This document shows positions 61,594 to 64,000 of a stretch of 64,000 nucleotides of DNA, in pieces. The stretch lies in contig CBFDEM010000010.1 of assembly GCA_965603825.1 (NCBI GenBank), forward strand, positions 372,001 through 436,000, written 5' to 3'. Positions within the stretch are counted from its first letter, which is position 1. Every line of letters starts with the position of its first letter. This stretch comes from Blepharisma stoltei ATCC 30299 (lineage: Eukaryota; Protista; Ciliophora). A model generated the notes under the pieces. It was not told where the DNA came from and did no database searches. It was given only the letters and a program-made list of their open reading frames with translations. The position numbers were made by a program, and so were the translations under genes.

Positions 61594-62448
61594 ATGAGCC
61601 AACAAAGGATCAGAAAAAAGCCCAAAGAAGAAGATTTTGTAAGCGAAGAAGAATACGAAGGTTTCGAAACTCCCCCTTCCGAAAAACAGCGCAAAAGCCG
61701 TCAAAGTTCCGCAGTAAAATCCGACGACAGCTACAATATTGGCAGAAATGATAACTCACTCGGCGTTCTCACAAAAAAATTTGTTTCACTAATTCAAAAA
61801 GCTGAAAACCAATGCATTGACTTAAATGAAGCCGTCCAGATCCTCAACGTCCAAAAGCGTCGAATTTATGACATCACGAATGTGCTAGAAGGAATCGGCC
61901 TGATTCAAAAAAGGCACAAAAATAAAATCCAATGAATCGGAGGCAGTGGAGCAAGTGAGCATACCCAGTTTGAAGAGATGAATATTTTGAATAAAGAGCT
62001 GGAAATGCTGAATAAAGAAGAAGATCGGCTGGATTATTGGACTAATCAAATCCAAGAATCGCTTAATCAGCTTACTAATGATCCAAGCTATGCTGAGTTT
62101 GCATATGTCACATATGATGATATTAAGAGCCTGCCAAATTTGACTGAGTATCCTAATGAGACGCTGCTGGCTATAAGAGCACCTCCAGGAACGTCACTTG
62201 AAGTACCAGACCCAGAGCAGTTTCCACCTGAGGAAAAGGAAAAATATCAGATCTATCTGCACTCAAAAAGTGGGGAGATTTTGGTATATGTTGTGTCGAG
62301 TGATAAACCGATTGAAAATGAAGAGCCGAAGATTTTAAGCACAAATACGTTTAAAGTATCATCAGCGATGGCGGAAGAGCTGAGAAAAAATACTGTTTAT
62401 AATAACGCAATGAAAAATGAAGGAATTTCAGATTTGTGGTCAGTTTAA
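61594..62448 (+). CDS. E2F: E2F transcription factor
   Basis: [33 protein letters not shown](TGA); marked box [21 protein letters not shown]. Confidence 0.95.
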
Positions 62449-62701
62449 GTTAGATAACATTACTTCTGGATTGATGAAATAAAATATTTAATTAAATCTC
62501 ACAATAATTATTGTGCTATTATTTGTCTTTGAGATTAAAATAATTAAATTGCGTTTCAATATAAATTAAGGTTGAATTTTTGGATAAATTTAAAATTTAG
62601 CATTATTTAGTAGTATTATCTACAAATTTCTAATAAAAATCGAATAATCGTCTCATTCTTTATTTTTATGACCTTCTAGTTTCTTTTATTTCTTTTTATA
62701 A

Positions 62702-63805
62702 ATGGGTAGTTGTAATTTCAAAGAAGACAGTACAGATACAACGGTCAGCATCTCCAAAACGCATTTTCAATTCCAATATGTGATCGGCAAAGGTGGCTTT
62801 GGGAAGGTTTGGAAGGTTGAATTGAAGAAATCTCATGAAAATTTTGCTATGAAAGAAATGCTGAAAGCAAGAGTTCTAGCAAAGAAAAGTGTAAATTCAG
62901 TGATGAATGAGAGAAGACTCTTGTCAATGCTTCATCATACTTTTATAGTAAACATGCACTATGCATTCCAAGATAGAGAGAATCTTTATTTAGTAATGGA
63001 CCTGATGCCAGGAGGAGACTTAAGATATCATTTAGGACGTTGAAAAACATTTACGGAAGAACAGACTAAATTTTTTATCGCGTGTATTGTGCTAGGTCTT
63101 GAATATTTACATAAAAACGGGATCCTTCATAGAGATATCAAACCTGAAAACTTAGTGATTGACGGTCAAGGATATGTAAGAATCACAGACTTTGGTATCG
63201 CTAGGGTCTGAAATCCAGAAAACGCTAAAGACACAAGTGGTACACCTGGCTATATGGCCCCTGAAGTAATGTGTCGGCAAAATCATGGAGTTGCTGCTGA
63301 CTATTTTGCACTTGGGATTATTGGCTATGAATTTATGAACGGAAAGCGGCCTTATCTAGGAAAGTCAAGGAAAGAAATCCGTGACCAAATTTTAGCTAAG
63401 CAAATCCAAATCAAAAAAAATGAAATTCCTGAAGGATGATCAGTAGAAGCTGCTGATTTTATAAACAGAGTAAAACTTATTTAGATGATTCAAAGAAAAC
63501 CTGGGAATAGGCTAGGGTTAAATGGTCCTGATGAGGTAAAAAACCATCCTTGACTCAAGGATTTTGAATGGGATAAGCTTTTGGAGCACTCTTTAGTGTC
63601 TCCTTTTATACCTGACAAAAATGAAGATAACTTCGATATGAGGCTGCATCTTTCTAATGACCCTTGAAAAGATGCGGATAATAGTGAGCTTCAGGAAAGT
63701 GCAGAACTACTGAGAAATAATTCAACTCAAAATTTATTTGCAGGCTATTTCTATGATATAAATCAGCAACAGCCAAATAATTCTGATTCGGCAACAACAA
63801 AATAA
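62702..63805 (+). CDS. AGC-group Ser/Thr protein kinase, predicted N-myristoylated; 1 intron
   Basis: [19 protein letters not shown] and GTPGYMAPE; five TGA=Trp; MGSC N-terminus. Confidence 0.92.
63470..63484 (+). other. 15-nt intron GTAAAACTTATTTAG
   Basis: Restores [16 protein letters not shown]. Confidence 0.9.
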
Positions 63806-64000
63806 TATCTGATACAATACTTTTAGTAATTAATTTAAGGTCAAGCATTCATTTCCTATGAATGAATATATTTTATTATTGTATAACCGCATAAGTAAAC
63901 TAATTAACGCAATAAAAATAAAACTTAAAAAAAATTTAAATAATTTACTAGTAATTTTAATTCTTATCAAAATATTGCAAAACGCCTAGCTATAAGCTTT

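Noticed and set aside
1-64000. Telomeric repeats, IESs, transposases, CRISPR arrays or prokaryotic defence systems
   Set aside because: None seen; the content is contiguous eukaryotic macronuclear-type genes

Overview
AT-rich, very gene-dense eukaryotic DNA, most consistent with the macronuclear genome of a heterotrich ciliate of the Blepharisma type (inference). Two properties explain the fragmented ORF track. (1) UGA encodes Trp: it sits in frame at conserved Trp positions in RquA, an IQ motif, WD40 repeats, a cyclin box, E2F and riboflavin kinase, while genes end in UAA/UAG. (2) There are 15-nt GT-AG introns with an invariant A at position 10; I found 12. Re-reading the window this way gives about 40 genes, including RPL19, RPL29 (absent from the ORF track), RPN8, enolase, AP-2 alpha, PKG, a ~1690-aa GAF/PAS phosphodiesterase, E2F, a cyclin, USP40-like, IQCH-like, HMCES/SRAP and CLPTM1. 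Most notable are: a rhodoquinone biosynthesis gene rquA with a predicted mitochondrial presequence; a HAD-like/riboflavin-kinase gene whose intact kinase half lies behind an in-frame UAG with no start codon or usable intron; a TARG1 macrodomain-HMG box-RS open frame; two apparent pseudoenzymes; an ear-less AP-2 alpha; an enolase with a His-Pro repeat tail; and strongly gene-specific UGA versus UGG usage. I saw no rRNA, tRNA, CRISPR array, transposon or telomere. All family calls come from recalled motifs, not database searches.
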